Shown: piece after piece, positions 61,740-64,000 of the stretch
Layout: each line of letters opens with the position of its first letter
Position numbering within the stretch: position 1 is the first letter of the stretch
DNA from: Callorhinchus milii
Taxonomy: Eukaryota
Direction: 5' to 3'
Length of the DNA: 64,000 nucleotides
Assembly: GCF_018977255.1 (NCBI RefSeq)
Contig: NW_024704778.1
Coordinates: 496,001-560,000 of the forward strand
Made by a program: the position numbers and the translations under genes
The notes under the pieces: generated by a model
Told to the model about the DNA's origin: nothing
Database searches by the model: none
Seen by the model: the letters and a program-made list of their open reading frames with translations, nothing else

Positions 61740-61990
61740 CCTCCACTTCCGGCCAGTGTCATTTCCGGTTCCGGGCCATCTGCTTCCGGTCGTGCTGACG
61801 GGTGAGGAGGCGGGGCTGGGGGCGGTGGGCGGGGCTGGAGGGCGGTGGGCGGGGCTGGAGGGCGGTGGGAGGGGTTTAGTGGGCGGTGGGAGGTACCAGC
61901 AGACAGGGCGGGGCTATAGGCTCAAGGGACGGGCTATATGGTGTGTGGGAGGGCGGGGCTTACAGGTTGAGGCGGGACTAGAGCGGTGGT
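61740..61990 (-). promoter_or_regulatory. TMED10 CpG promoter with clustered ETS/GABP (CCGGAA) and Sp1 GC boxes
   Basis: ttccgg at about 61747, 61763, 61769 and 61784; multiple gggcgg(gg) from 61808 to 61976; housekeeping-type, TATA-less. Confidence 0.75.
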
Positions 61991-62114
61991 GTCCCCGCCC
62001 CCTGCTGACACGGCGCCCCCCCTCCCCCCCATTCCCCCTCACGCCCCCCACTCTCCTCCCCCCACCGTCCCCTCCCATCCTGAATAATAATAATCCTCTG
62101 TGTGTGTGTGGGCG

Positions 62115-62520
62115 CGGAGGGGGGGAGGGGTTACGGAGAGGGGGTTGCGGGGGGAGGGGTTGTGGGGGGAGGGTTGCGGGGGGAGGGGCTGGCGGGAGGG
62201 GAGGGGTTGCGGGGGGAGGGGTTGTGGGGGGGTTGCGGAGGGTTGCGGGGGGAGGGTTGCGGGGGGGAGGGGTTGCGGGGGAGGGGTTGCGGGGGGAGGG
62301 TTGCGGGGGGGGGTTGCGGGGGAGGGGTTGCGTGGGGGGAGGGTTGCGGGGGGGGGGGGGAGGGGTTGGGGGGGGGGGGGGGGGGGGGTTGCGGGGGGGG
62401 GGGGGGGGGGGGGGGGGGGGGCGGGGGGGGAGGGGTTGCGGGGGGAGGGTTGCGTGGGGGAGGGGTTGCGTGGGAGGGTTGCGGGGGGAGGCGTTGCGGG
62501 GGAGGGTTGCGGGGGGAGGT
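62115..62520. repeat. G-rich minisatellite (ggggggaggg(g)ttgc)n upstream of TMED10
   Basis: Direct inspection; followed by a 25-N gap at 62521-62545. Confidence 0.95.
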
Positions 62521-62545
62521 NNNNNNNNNNNNNNNNNNNNNNNNN

Positions 62546-63675
62546 GGCTCCCCCTCACCCACACCTCCATCACCTCCCCCCGGCCCTCACCAGCCCCACT
62601 GCTCCCCCTCACACACACCTCCTACCCCCCCGGCCCTCACCAGCCCCCACTGGCTCCCCTCACACACACCTCCCTCACCCCCCCGGCCCTCACAGCCCCC
62701 GCTGGCTCCCCCTCACACACACCTCCCTCCCCCCCCCCCCAGCCCTCGCCGGCCCCACTGGCTCCCACTCACACACTAAACCCTGTACCCCATCACCCCG
62801 GCCCTCACCAGCCCCCACTGGCTCCCCCTCACCCACACCTCCATCACCCCCCCCGGCCCTCACCAGCCCCCACTGGCTCCCCCTCACCCACACCTCCCTA
62901 CCCCCCCCCGGCCCTCGCCGGCCCCCACTGGCTCCCCCTCACACACTAACCCCTGTACCCCATCACCCCGGCCCTCGCCAGCCCCCACTGGCTCCCCCTC
63001 ACCCACCACTCCATCCCCCCCCGGCCCTCGCCGGCCCCCACTGGCTCCCTATCACACACTACACCCTGTACCCCATCACCCGGCCCTCGCCGGCCCCCAC
63101 TGGCTCCCCCTCACACACTACACCCTGTACCCCATCACCCGGCCCTCGCCGGCCCCACTGGCCCCTCACACACTACACCCTGTACCCCATCACCCCGGCC
63201 CTCGCCAGCCCCCACTGGCTCCCCCTCACACACTAACCCCTGTACCCCATCACCCCGGCCCTCACCAGGCCCCACTGCACACACTAAACCCTGTACCCCA
63301 TCACCCCGGCCCTCGCCAGCCCTGTACCCCATCACCCCGGCCCTCGCCGGCCCCCACTGGCTCCCTGTCACACACTACACCCTGTACCCCATCACCCCGG
63401 CCCTCGCCGGCCCCCACTGGCTCCCCCTCACACACTACACCCTGTACCCCATCACCCCGGCCCTCGCCGGCCCCCACTGGCTCTCCCTCACACACTAACC
63501 CCTGTACCCCATCACCCCGGCCCTCGCCGGCCCCCACTGGCTCTCCCTCACACACTAACCCCTGTACCCCATCACCCCGGCCCTCGCCGGCCCCCACTGG
63601 CTCTCCCTCACACACTAACCCCTGTACCCCATCACCCCGGCCCTCGCCGGCCCCCACTGGCTCCCTATCACACAA
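62546..63675. repeat. C-rich tandem repeat, about 60-nt unit
   Basis: ccctgtaccccatcaccccggccctcgccggcccccactggctctccctcacacactaac; lines 63361-63660 repeat almost exactly at a 60-nt period and degenerate leftwards. Confidence 0.97.
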
Positions 63676-63798
63676 CACATTGATTTCAAGGTCCTGTCAC
63701 TTGTATTTTATTTCAGACTTGGCTGCAGCTCCCAGTTTGCACAACTTTGCTTGGCCGGTGAGTGTTTAGGGTATAAGATCCAAACAGTAATGAAATCC

Positions 63799-63837
<39 letters not shown>

Positions 63838-64000
63838 CCCCCCACCTGTATTGTGAGCTCTAAGACCCCCATGTGCGTGTGTGTGTGTGTGTGCGTGTGT
63901 GTGTGATGGGGCTCAAACCCACAATCTCCTGACTCGGAGGCGAGAGAGAGAGAAAGAAAGTGACTGAGCCAGGGATAAGATGAGATGAAATGGGCTGAGG

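Noticed and set aside
61715-61762. Upstream in-frame ATG adding 16 aa to TMED10
   Set aside because: Lies among the ETS promoter motifs near the likely TSS; ATG 61714 has a strong Kozak context and yields a normal signal peptide. Not fully excluded.
60053-63678. Many Gly-, Pro- or His-rich ORFs
   Set aside because: Products of G-rich and C-rich tandem repeats and an N gap; only 61496-61714 is real TMED10 coding sequence.

Overview
Vertebrate genomic DNA, very probably a cartilaginous fish. This is inferred from dense tRNA-derived Deu-type SINEs with L2-like tails and from CR1/L2 debris; a holocephalan such as Callorhinchus is plausible but not provable here. Four spliced protein-coding genes can be built from splice sites and reading frame. 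(1) Pyruvate carboxylase PC, minus strand: CpG-island/CCAAT promoter near 39.5-39.9 kb, a non-coding first exon, and 8 coding exons from 20585 to 5140 (codons 1-395); the gene continues left of the window and includes one GC-AG intron. (2) A 2-exon C11orf86/FACI-like gene, plus strand, 41296-43087 (197 aa), head-to-head with PC. (3) A complete 5-exon TGF-beta-family ligand with GSDF hallmarks, plus strand, 50706-54717 (211 aa), almost invisible in the ORF track. It is preceded by three NR5A1/SF-1 sites and a tandem array of GTCTG (SMAD-element-like) repeats, and it lies outside the usual teleost gsdf neighbourhood. (4) A complete 5-exon TMED10 (p24delta/TMP21), minus strand, 61714-57231 (220 aa), whose intron 1 holds three extra copies of the exon-1 end plus splice donor inside a G-rich minisatellite. 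The rest is SINEs, LINE fragments, a MITE-like family, micro/minisatellites and two assembly gaps. Most long ORFs in the track are repeat artefacts.
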